From Gemmatimonadota bacterium (GTDB lineage: Bacteria; Gemmatimonadota; Gemmatimonadetes; Palauibacterales; Palauibacteraceae): a DNA stretch of 28,902 bases. Below the pieces are notes generated by a model. It was not told where the DNA came from, ran no database searches, and was given only the letters and a program-made list of their open reading frames with translations. Below are positions 9,248 to 16,839 of this stretch, in pieces (position 1 is the stretch's first letter; the number at the start of each line of letters is the position of its first letter). A program made the translations under genes and the position numbers. The stretch is from positions 1-28,902 of the forward strand of contig JBDHAC010000050.1 in NCBI GenBank assembly GCA_039588275.1. The letters run 5' to 3'.

Positions 9248-9263
9248 TTGATCGCTCAGTCAA
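9248..9263. promoter_or_regulatory. Putative TetR operator 2 (TTGATCGCTCAGTCAA)
   Basis: Same TTGA-N8-TCAA geometry, ending 2 nt before the tetR ATG. Confidence 0.65.
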
Positions 9264-9265
9264 AT

Positions 9266-10075
9266 ATGCCAACCGGGGCCGAAACCAAGGCCCGGATTCT
9301 GGAGGCGGCTGCCGAGCTCTTCCACAAGGGAGGGTTCGAGGCCACCGGGGTCGCAACCATCTTGCGCCATGCCGGTGCGCACAGCGGCAGCCTGTATCAT
9401 TTCTTCCCCTCCAAGGAAGCGCTGCTCGTGGGTGTCATGGAGCGGCACCTGCAGGCCCTGCGGCCGACCCTGCTGGATCCCGCCGAGCGCGCCAGCGACG
9501 ATCCCATCGAGCGTGTATTCGCCCTCCTCGAGCTGTACCGGCGCGATCTGCGGATCACGGGGTGCACGGGGGGGTGCCCGGTCGGCAACCTGGCTCTCGA
9601 GGTGGGTGACCGGAAACCCGAGGTGCGCGCCCTGATCGAGGAGTACTTCTCACGCTGGGTCAGACGTGTGCGGGGGTGGCTCGAGGGAGCCGGTGATCAA
9701 CTCCCGGCGGGCTTGGATAGGGCGGCGCTCTCGAGGCTGATCCTCTCGGTCATGGAGGGAGGCGTCATGCAGGCCCGCGCGAGCGGCGAGATCGGGCCGT
9801 ACGACGCCTCGGTCGCGCAGCTTCGCGGCGGCTTGGCTCTCCTGATGGAGCGCGCTGTCCGTGAGAGGGATGCGAGCCGAGAGCCCGCCGTCGGTGCGGA
9901 GTCCGTCGCGCCCCGCGAGGACCGGGGTCATGAGGAACGGGACCATGCGGAGCGTCGATCACCGCTCGTGCCACCCGCCGCAGGCGTGGGTGAGCCCGGG
10001 CCGGGTCTTGCCCCGGATCCCTCCGCGGAGGAGGACGATTCGGCCCTCGATCGATCCGCATGGCGCAACTGGTGA
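9266..10075 (+). CDS. TetR/AcrR-family transcriptional regulator with a long C-terminal tail
   Basis: ETKARILEAAAELFHKGGFEATGVATIL..GSLYHFFPSKEALL HTH and GCPVGNLALE in the C-terminal domain. Start reassigned to ATG 9266. Confidence 0.93.
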   Translation: MPTGAETKARILEAAAELFHKGGFEATGVATILRHAGAHSGSLYHFFPSKEALLVGVMERHLQALRPTLLDPAERASDDPIERVFALLELYRRDLRITGCTGGCPVGNLALEVGDRKPEVRALIEEYFSRWVRRVRGWLEGAGDQLPAGLDRAALSRLILSVMEGGVMQARASGEIGPYDASVAQLRGGLALLMERAVRERDASREPAVGAESVAPREDRGHEERDHAERRSPLVPPAAGVGEPGPGLAPDPSAEEDDSALDRSAWRNW

Positions 10076-10211
10076 TGGGACGCGTGGAGGCTGATGACGG
10101 AGGGCGGTCGAGGCGCCCGGTGGGGCGGGATTCCAGTATTGTCGTGGCCGATGTGCACCGGCAGTTTGCCGCATGCCGCCGCGCGGTGAGGTCCGAGCCG
10201 AGGTCCACCGG

Positions 10212-10946
10212 ATGATCGACGAAGAGAAGATCCGCGAGATGGTGCGCCGGGTGGTGCACCGGGCCGTCGGCATGACCCCACCCCGCTCGACGACCCAACG
10301 ACGCCTGGTGACCGAGCCCGACCTCCTGGAGGTGCCCGCCGGGCAGCCGTTCGTCGTCCCCGAAGGGACGTTGGTCACGCCCCTCGCGCGGCAGGTGGCC
10401 ATGGAGCGCGGCGTGTCGCTGGTGGAAGGCGGCCGCGCCTCCCCAAGTCCCGAGGCGCCGGCGGGACGCCCCGCCGCGGGCGCGGCAGGCACCAGGACGG
10501 TCGCGATCGGTGCCGATCACGGTGGATACGAGCTTAAGGAGATGCTCAAGCGCCATGTTCGCGAGCTCGGACACGCGGTTCTGGACTGCGGTACCGACAG
10601 CACCGAGTCGGTCGACTACCCGGACTACTCCCTCGCGGTCGCACAGCTGGTGGCGGACGGACGCGCCTGGCGGGGGATTCTCGTGGACGGCGCCGGTATC
10701 GGCTCGTGCATGGCGGCGAACAAGGTTCCGGGCGTCAGGGCGGCCCTGTGCTACGATGAAGCCACGGCGGTCAACAGCCGCGCCCACAACGACGCCAACG
10801 TGCTGACGCTCGGTGCCGGCATGATCGGTCCGGCGCTGGGGCGTCAGATCGTCACCACCTGGTTGAAGACCCGCGCAGGCGGCGATCGACACGCGAGACG
10901 TGTGGGCAAGATCATGGACATCGAAAGACGGTTCCTGAGAAAATGA
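10212..10946 (+). CDS. rpiB: RpiB/LacAB-family sugar-phosphate isomerase with an N-terminal BMC-associated extension
   Basis: [34 protein letters not shown] and RHARRV motifs; about 95-aa N-terminal extension. GAGG RBS precedes ATG 10212. Confidence 0.9.
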   Translation: MIDEEKIREMVRRVVHRAVGMTPPRSTTQRRLVTEPDLLEVPAGQPFVVPEGTLVTPLARQVAMERGVSLVEGGRASPSPEAPAGRPAAGAAGTRTVAIGADHGGYELKEMLKRHVRELGHAVLDCGTDSTESVDYPDYSLAVAQLVADGRAWRGILVDGAGIGSCMAANKVPGVRAALCYDEATAVNSRAHNDANVLTLGAGMIGPALGRQIVTTWLKTRAGGDRHARRVGKIMDIERRFLRK

Positions 10947-10992
10947 GCCGGCTGCGGACGCGCGATCGCGCGAGATGGCGGGCGGTGAGGCC

Positions 10993-11862
10993 ATGAAACT
11001 CGACGAGCGAACACTCGAGCAGATCATCGAGCAGATCACCCATCAGGTGCTCGTCCTCGTGCAGGAGGGACACGCCGCGGACTCCGCGACCGAGGGCGAG
11101 CGAGGGTCTACCCTCTCCGCGCAAAATTATGTGGCCCGGGTCCAGCCGGTGGTCAACGCGGGCGCGGACCGCATCGCCAGCACGCTGGGCGTCGCGCCGA
11201 CCGATGGCCGTCTGAGCCACATGATCGACCATACGCTGCTCAAGCCCGACGCCACGCAGGACGAGATCGCTCAGCTGTGCTACGAGGCGCGCAAGCACGG
11301 CTTCGCCTCGGTGTGCGTAAACCCATCCTACGTCAAGCTGTGCGCGGATCTCCTCACGGACAGCGGCGTCCTCATCTGCACGGTCGTCGGCTTCCCGCTC
11401 GGCGCGACCTCGACCGAGAGCAAGGTGTTCGAGACGCAGAAGGCCGTTCGGGACGGCGCGACCGAGGTCGATATGGTCATCAACGTGGGGGCGCTCAAAT
11501 CGCGCGACTACGAGCTCGTGGAGTGCGATATCGCGGGCGTGGCGCGAGCGTCCCACGCCGGCGGCGCCATCCTGAAGGTGATCATTGAGGCCGCCCTCCT
11601 CACTGACGAGGAGAAGGTGGCCGGGTGCCAGCTCGCCAAGGTGGCCGGAGCCGACTTCGTCAAGACCTCTACGGGGTTCGGGCCGGGAGGCGCCACGGCG
11701 GAAGACGTGGCCCTCATGCGGCGCGTCGTGGGACCCCGGATGGGCATCAAGGCCGCGGGAGGAATCCGCACTTACGCGGATGCGCAGAAGATGATCGCGG
11801 CGGGCGCCACCCGAATCGGCGCCAGCGCCAGCGTGAAGATTATTCAGGGAGCCGAGTCATGA
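10993..11862 (+). CDS. deoC: Deoxyribose-phosphate aldolase with N-terminal extension
   Basis: [22 protein letters not shown], Schiff-base Lys in FVKTSTG, KAAGGIR and RIGAS motifs. Confidence 0.96.
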   Translation: MKLDERTLEQIIEQITHQVLVLVQEGHAADSATEGERGSTLSAQNYVARVQPVVNAGADRIASTLGVAPTDGRLSHMIDHTLLKPDATQDEIAQLCYEARKHGFASVCVNPSYVKLCADLLTDSGVLICTVVGFPLGATSTESKVFETQKAVRDGATEVDMVINVGALKSRDYELVECDIAGVARASHAGGAILKVIIEAALLTDEEKVAGCQLAKVAGADFVKTSTGFGPGGATAEDVALMRRVVGPRMGIKAAGGIRTYADAQKMIAAGATRIGASASVKIIQGAES

Positions 11863-11872
11863 GGAGCGCCCG

Positions 11873-12511
11873 ATGAGCGTCGATCTCCGCACCTACGTCT
11901 TCCTCGACAGCCTGCAGCCCCAACACGCTGCATACCTCGGCACGGTCGCGCGGGGATTCCTGCCGCTGCCGGGTGACACGTCGCTGTGGGTGGAGATCTC
12001 GCCCGGCATCGAGATCAACCGCATCACCGACATCGCGCTCAAGTCGACCCGGGTCCGGCCCGGCATGCAGATCGTAGAGCGGTTGTTCGGCTTGCTGGAA
12101 GTCCATCACGAGGTGCAGGCCGAGGTCCGGGCCGCCGGGGCTGCGATCCTGGAGGCGCTCGAGGTGGAGGAGGCCGAGCGAATCAAGCCCAAGGTGGTGT
12201 CCAGCCAGATCATCCGGCACGTGGACGCCCACCAGGTGCAGCTCGTGAACCGCATGCGGTACGGTCATATGCTGCTCGCCGGCCAAACGCTGTACGTGCT
12301 CGAGGTCGAGCCCGCGGGGTATGCGGCCCTCGCGGCGAACGAGGCGGAGAAGGCCGCCAACATCAACATCCTCGATGTCCGGGCGTTCGGCAGCTTCGGA
12401 CGCGTGTACCTGGGCGGCGAGGAACGGGACATCATGGCGGGGTACGGCGCCGCGGTCGCCGCCATCGAAGGGGTGGGCGGCCGCGAGGCCGAGACCAAGC
12501 GGCGAACCTGA
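11873..12511 (+). CDS. BMC shell trimer, CsoS1D/CcmP-like (double-stacking permuted BMC-T)
   Basis: [46 protein letters not shown] and FGSFGR motifs. Confidence 0.93.
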   Translation: MSVDLRTYVFLDSLQPQHAAYLGTVARGFLPLPGDTSLWVEISPGIEINRITDIALKSTRVRPGMQIVERLFGLLEVHHEVQAEVRAAGAAILEALEVEEAERIKPKVVSSQIIRHVDAHQVQLVNRMRYGHMLLAGQTLYVLEVEPAGYAALAANEAEKAANINILDVRAFGSFGRVYLGGEERDIMAGYGAAVAAIEGVGGREAETKRRT

Positions 12512-12577
12512 GGAAACTCGAGGATCTGAGCTCGACGGTTAACAACCTGACAACCCAACCGACGTCGGGAGGACCTA

Positions 12578-12904
12578 ATGGCTGAAGAGTACGGGGCGAT
12601 CGAAGCGCTGGGCATGATCGAGACCAGGAGCTATCCGGCCATGGTCGAGGCGGCCGATGCCATGGTCAAGGCGGCCAAGGTAGAGCTCGTGGCCTACGAG
12701 AAGACGGGCGGCGGCCACGTGACGGCCGTCGTGCGCGGCGACGTCGCGGCCGTGAAGGCGGCGGTCGAGGCCGGCGCGCGCGGCGCCGAGAAGATCGGCG
12801 AGCTGATCGCGATCCACGTCATCCCGCGCCCACACGCGAACGTGGACCGTACGCTGCCCCTGGGTCGCCAGGAGAGCGAGAGCCCGAAGGCCGTCAAGAA
12901 GTAA
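12578..12904 (+). CDS. BMC shell hexamer (BMC-H, EutM/PduA/CcmK family)
   Basis: [29 protein letters not shown] and HVIPRPH motifs; strong GGAGGA RBS. Confidence 0.97.
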   Translation: MAEEYGAIEALGMIETRSYPAMVEAADAMVKAAKVELVAYEKTGGGHVTAVVRGDVAAVKAAVEAGARGAEKIGELIAIHVIPRPHANVDRTLPLGRQESESPKAVKK

Positions 12905-12934
12905 CCGCGTGACGCAAAGCCTAGGGAGCTAGCC

Positions 12935-13234
12935 ATGCTGCTAGGAAGGGTGGTCGGGACGCTCGTGGCCACGCGCAAGGAGCCGTCCCTGGATGGTCTG
13001 AAGTTCCTGGTCCTCAGGCAGCTGGACGTGGAGGGCCAGGACACGGAGGCGTACCGGGTCGCGGCAGACGCGGTCGGGGCCGGGATGGGCGAGGTGGTGC
13101 TCTACGCCACGGGAAGCGCGGCTCGCCAGACCACGATGACCGACCAGCGACCGTGTGACGGCGTCATCATGGCTATCGTGGACACCCTCGAGGTCGATGG
13201 CGAAGTGAAATACGACAAGGCGAAGGACGGCTAA
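12935..13234 (+). CDS. BMC vertex pentamer 1 (EutN/CcmL family)
   Basis: [31 protein letters not shown] and IMAIVD motifs. Confidence 0.95.
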   Translation: MLLGRVVGTLVATRKEPSLDGLKFLVLRQLDVEGQDTEAYRVAADAVGAGMGEVVLYATGSAARQTTMTDQRPCDGVIMAIVDTLEVDGEVKYDKAKDG

Positions 13235-14697
13235 TGGACGATACCCAGATCCAGGCCGTCATCGACCGGGTCATGTCCGAGCTGCGCCACTCGGATCGGG
13301 TGGGACACGGGCCGCGTCCCACCCTGCCGGAGGTCGCTCAGCCGCCCCAGCCGGCGTCCACACCACGGCACGCGGACAACCTGTTTCCCGACGTGGACCG
13401 TGCCGTGGAGGCCGCACGCCAGGCCTTCCGCCGGCTGCACGACCTTCCACTTTCCGTACGCGAGCACATCGTCGCGCACGTCCGCCGCACCGTGCGCGAG
13501 AACGCCCAGCCGCTCGCGTACGAGGCCTGGGAAGAGACCGGGATGGGGAGGTACGAGGACAAGATCGAGAAGGTGCTGCTCAACGCCAACAAGGCCCCCG
13601 GCACCGAGTTTCTCGACACCGGAGCCTGGAGCGGCGACGGGGGCCTCACCGTGGTCGAGTTCGCGCCCTACGGCGTGATCGGCTCGATCATCCCGAGCAC
13701 GAATCCGATCTCGACCGTCGTGTGCAACGTCATCAGCATGGTGGCGGCCGGGAACGCCGTCGTGTTCAACGCACACCCCGGCGCGAGGGAATGCTCCAAC
13801 CACACGATCCAGCTGATCAACGACGCCATCGTCGAAGCCGGCGGGCCGTCGAACCTCGTGTGCTCGATCGAGAAGCCTACGATCGAGACCGCCCAGCAGT
13901 TGATGACGCACAAGGGGGTGAACCTGCTGACGGTCACGGGCGGGATCGGCGTCGTCCGGGCGGCCATGCAGAGCGGCAAGCGGGCCGTCTGCGCCGGGCC
14001 CGGGAATCCGCCGGTCGTGGTGGACGAGACGGCCGACCTGGCGCAAGCGGGGCGGGACATCACTCGGGGCGCCTCCTTCGACAACAACATCATCTGCACG
14101 GACGAGAAGGAAGTGTTCGCCGTCTCGACGATCGCCGACGAGCTGAAGGGATCGATGTGCCATCACGGCGCGGTGGAGCTCGACGGCGGGCAACTCGAGC
14201 GGCTGCGGGAGGTGATCTTCGAGGATCGTCCCGAGCGCGGCCGACACGGCACGATGAACAAAGAGCTCATCGGGAAGAACGCGAACGTCCTGTTGGGGGA
14301 GATCGGCGTCGAGGCGAGCGACGAGACACGGTTGGTGCTCGTCGAGGTGGAGCGGGACGATCCGCTGGTGTTCTCGGAGCAGATGATGCCGGTTCTGCCG
14401 CTGGTTCGTGTGCGGGATGCCAGCGAAGGAATCGACCTGGCGGTCGAGGCCGAGCACGGCTTCCGGCACACCGCCGTGATGCACTCCAAGAACCTCGACC
14501 ATCTGAGCCAGATGGCGCGACGGATGGACTGCAGCATCTTCGTCAAGAACGGCGCGTCCTTCGATGGTCTCGGGTACGGTGGCGAGGGATTCTGCTCGTT
14601 CACCATCGCGAGCCCGACCGGCGAGGGTATCACGAACCCCATCAGCTTTAGCCGCATCAGACGGTGCGTGCTGAAGGACTCCTTCCGAATCGTCTGA
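13234..14697 (+). CDS. CoA-acylating aldehyde dehydrogenase (EutE/PduP family)
   Basis: EETGMGR, PSTNP, GPGNPPVVVDET, catalytic Cys in FDNNIICTDEKE, EQMMP and FTIASPTGEG motifs; N-terminal peptide plus Pro-rich linker. Confidence 0.96.
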   Translation: MDDTQIQAVIDRVMSELRHSDRVGHGPRPTLPEVAQPPQPASTPRHADNLFPDVDRAVEAARQAFRRLHDLPLSVREHIVAHVRRTVRENAQPLAYEAWEETGMGRYEDKIEKVLLNANKAPGTEFLDTGAWSGDGGLTVVEFAPYGVIGSIIPSTNPISTVVCNVISMVAAGNAVVFNAHPGARECSNHTIQLINDAIVEAGGPSNLVCSIEKPTIETAQQLMTHKGVNLLTVTGGIGVVRAAMQSGKRAVCAGPGNPPVVVDETADLAQAGRDITRGASFDNNIICTDEKEVFAVSTIADELKGSMCHHGAVELDGGQLERLREVIFEDRPERGRHGTMNKELIGKNANVLLGEIGVEASDETRLVLVEVERDDPLVFSEQMMPVLPLVRVRDASEGIDLAVEAEHGFRHTAVMHSKNLDHLSQMARRMDCSIFVKNGASFDGLGYGGEGFCSFTIASPTGEGITNPISFSRIRRCVLKDSFRIV

Positions 14698-14745
14698 TGG
14701 CGCCCGAACGACTCCGGGCACCCGATCGATGGGATGTCGCGCGGG

Positions 14746-15336
14746 ATGCTTGAGCCCGCTCTGGCGCTGATCGATTTCAGCAGCGTGGCGGTCGGGATCG
14801 AGGCCGCCGACGCGATGATCAAGCGCGCGCAGATCGATACCATCCGGGCCGGGACCGTCCAGCCGGGGAGGTATCTGGTCCTCATCGGCGGCACGGTCGC
14901 CGATGTGCACGAGTCGCTCGCGGCCGGCCGTGAGGTGGGCGGGGAGACCGTGCTCGACCACGTCTTCCTCCCGCACGTTCACCCCGAGGTGGTGGTGGCG
15001 ATCGGGGGCGGGCGGGTGCCCGAGGTCGTGGACGCGCTGGGCGTCGTGGAGAGCTCGACCGTCTCCGGCGCGATTCGCGCGGCGGACGCCGGGATCAAGG
15101 GGGCCGAGGTCAGACTCGTCGAGGTCCGGCTCGCGGACGGCCTGGGAGGAAAGGGGATCGTTCTGTACTCCGGTCTCGTGGCCGATGTCGAGACCGCGGT
15201 CGAGATCGGGGTCGGTGCTCTGGATCGGCCCGAGCTCCTGGTGCGGAAGGTCGTCATCCCGCAGCTCCACCCGGCGATGTGGGAGAACGTGTCGGATGCG
15301 ACTCGATTCGGCGCCCGCGTTCTGGAGCAGCTGTGA
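14746..15336 (+). CDS. BMC shell trimer, PduT-like tandem-domain protein
   Basis: Two BMC domains (GIEAADAMIK..PGRY..GGTVADV and ALGVVE..AADAGIK..GLGGKG..G.VADV). Start is 14734 or 14746. Confidence 0.92.
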   Translation: MLEPALALIDFSSVAVGIEAADAMIKRAQIDTIRAGTVQPGRYLVLIGGTVADVHESLAAGREVGGETVLDHVFLPHVHPEVVVAIGGGRVPEVVDALGVVESSTVSGAIRAADAGIKGAEVRLVEVRLADGLGGKGIVLYSGLVADVETAVEIGVGALDRPELLVRKVVIPQLHPAMWENVSDATRFGARVLEQL

Positions 15337-15656
15337 AGTTCGCCCGCGTGATCGGCACGGTGGTCGCCAGCAACAAGTACGAGGGGCTGGAGGGGATCAA
15401 GTTCCTGGTCGTGCAACCGCTCGACGAGGATCTGAACCCGCGCGGCGAGCCCGAAGTCGCCGCCGATGCGACGGCTCAGGCCGGACCCGGCCACCTCGTC
15501 TTCGTCGTGGCCAGTCGCGAAGGGGCCCAGGCCTTGCCGGAAGTGTTCGTACCGGTAGACCTCGCCATCACCGGGATTGTGGACGAGGTCGACGCGGACC
15601 GGGGTGCCCGCCCACCGACGGCGACCTGGCGGACCCCGGCGGCCGGGGGCGACTGA
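15333..15656 (+). CDS. BMC vertex pentamer 2 (EutN/CcmL family)
   Basis: (V)KFARVIGTVVASNK, VAADATAQAGPG, SREGA and VDLAITGIVD motifs; GTG start overlaps the upstream TGA. Confidence 0.93.
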   Translation: MKFARVIGTVVASNKYEGLEGIKFLVVQPLDEDLNPRGEPEVAADATAQAGPGHLVFVVASREGAQALPEVFVPVDLAITGIVDEVDADRGARPPTATWRTPAAGGD

Positions 15657-15681
15657 CCTTGTACCTGGGGAGCGTCTGACC

Positions 15682-15954
15682 GTGTACATCGGGAGGGTCG
15701 TCGGGTCGGTCGTCGCCACCATCAAGATCTCGCACCTCGAGGGCAGGCGGCTGCTGCTCGTGGACCATCTGGATCTCGATGGGCGAGCGACCGGCGACTA
15801 CGACATCGCGGTCGATGTTACGCAGTCGGGGCCGGGGGACACCGTATTGGTGATCGACGAGGGGAACGGCGCCCGTCAGGTCCTCGGGCTGGATCCGGGG
15901 GCCGTGCGCGCCGTCATCGTCGGCGTGGTCGACGAGGTGACGCTCGAGCGTTAG
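15682..15954 (+). CDS. BMC vertex pentamer 3 (EutN/CcmL family)
   Basis: (V)YIGRVVGSVVATIK, AVD..QSGPGDTVL, EGNGARQ and IVGVVD motifs; GTG start with a GGAG RBS. Confidence 0.93.
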   Translation: MYIGRVVGSVVATIKISHLEGRRLLLVDHLDLDGRATGDYDIAVDVTQSGPGDTVLVIDEGNGARQVLGLDPGAVRAVIVGVVDEVTLER

Positions 15955-16011
15955 TGCGACGGTTACGGGCGAGCGTCAAGCCTGCGCAGCCTGACGGCGC
16001 TTAGGCGCCCG

Positions 16012-16785
16012 CTACGGTATCTCCACGGCCCGCCGAACCAGCTCGGCGAACTCGATCCCCAGGCTCGCCCCACCCACCAACGCCCCGTCGATGTCCGGCA
16101 TGGCCATGAAGGCCGCGATGTTCTGTGGACCCACGCTTCCACCGTACAGGATCCGGGCGGTTTGAGCGGAGGCTTCTCCGAACAGACCGGCGATCACGCC
16201 ACGCACTGTGACGGCGATCGTGCGATTGGCTTCGGCGGGCGTCGCGGCCTGGCCGCTGCCGATCGCCCAGATGGGCTCGTACGCGATCACGCATCCGCGG
16301 ACCTGTTCACGGTCGAGTCCATCGAGCGCCGCCGATACCTGAGCCCCGACGGCGTCGTGGGTCGCCCCCGCGTCCCTCTGCTCCGTGCTCTCGCCCACGC
16401 AGATGATCGGCACCAATCCGTACGTCAGCGCCGCTTGTACCTTCCGGTTCACGGCCGCATCCGACTCGCTCGGACCCGCGTTGGCGCGGCGCTCCGAGTG
16501 CCCCACGATCACGTACTTGCACAATCCCGCGAGCATGGCGGGGGAGACCTCTCCCGTGTGGGCACCCTCCGCCTCCCAGTGCATGGTCTGAGCACCCAAC
16601 GCGATCGGGGACGCACCCAGGACGTCGGACAGCACCGCCAGGACCGTGAACGGAGGACAGATCACGATCTCGACGTTGTCCACTCGGGCAAGACGTGGGC
16701 GAAGCGCCCTGACCAGCTCGATCGCGTCATCCACCCGCCCGAGGTGCATCTTCCAGTTGGCGGCGATGAGCGGACGGCGCATCAT
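16012..16785 (-). CDS. tpiA: Triosephosphate isomerase
   Basis: ANWKM, GHSERR, AYEPIWAIG, YGGSV and LVGGASL motifs; catalytic K/H/E all present. Confidence 0.94.
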   Translation of the reverse strand: MMRRPLIAANWKMHLGRVDDAIELVRALRPRLARVDNVEIVICPPFTVLAVLSDVLGASPIALGAQTMHWEAEGAHTGEVSPAMLAGLCKYVIVGHSERRANAGPSESDAAVNRKVQAALTYGLVPIICVGESTEQRDAGATHDAVGAQVSAALDGLDREQVRGCVIAYEPIWAIGSGQAATPAEANRTIAVTVRGVIAGLFGEASAQTARILYGGSVGPQNIAAFMAMPDIDGALVGGASLGIEFAELVRRAVEIP

Positions 16786-16818
16786 GGCGTGTGAATCCGC
16801 GCGACGGACGGGAACGTG

Positions 16819-16834
16819 TTGAATGATCGATCAA
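16819..16834. promoter_or_regulatory. Putative TetR operator 3 (TTGAATGATCGATCAA)
   Basis: 14/16 identical to the site at 9172; lies in the short divergent spacer between tpiA and the AlkD-like gene. Confidence 0.65.
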
Positions 16835-16839
16835 GGCCG

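Noticed and set aside
11873..12511. Carboxysome interpretation from the CsoS1D-like shell protein and nearby MoxR (CbbQ-like) ATPase
   Set aside because: No RuBisCO, carbonic anhydrase or CsoS2/CcmM is present; the cargo is catabolic and the MoxR gene is several unrelated genes away.
12578..14697. Ethanolamine or propanediol utilisation (eut/pdu) locus
   Set aside because: No EutBC, PduCDE or glycyl-radical signature enzyme; the Eut/Pdu names reflect only family membership.
13231..15270. 679-aa minus-strand ORF across the aldehyde dehydrogenase and BMC-T genes
   Set aside because: Shadow frame of well-supported plus-strand genes; no recognisable domain.
15955..16011. Bidirectional terminator between the last BMC-P gene and tpiA
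   Set aside because: Only short imperfect GC hairpins with no U-tract on either strand; too weak to call.
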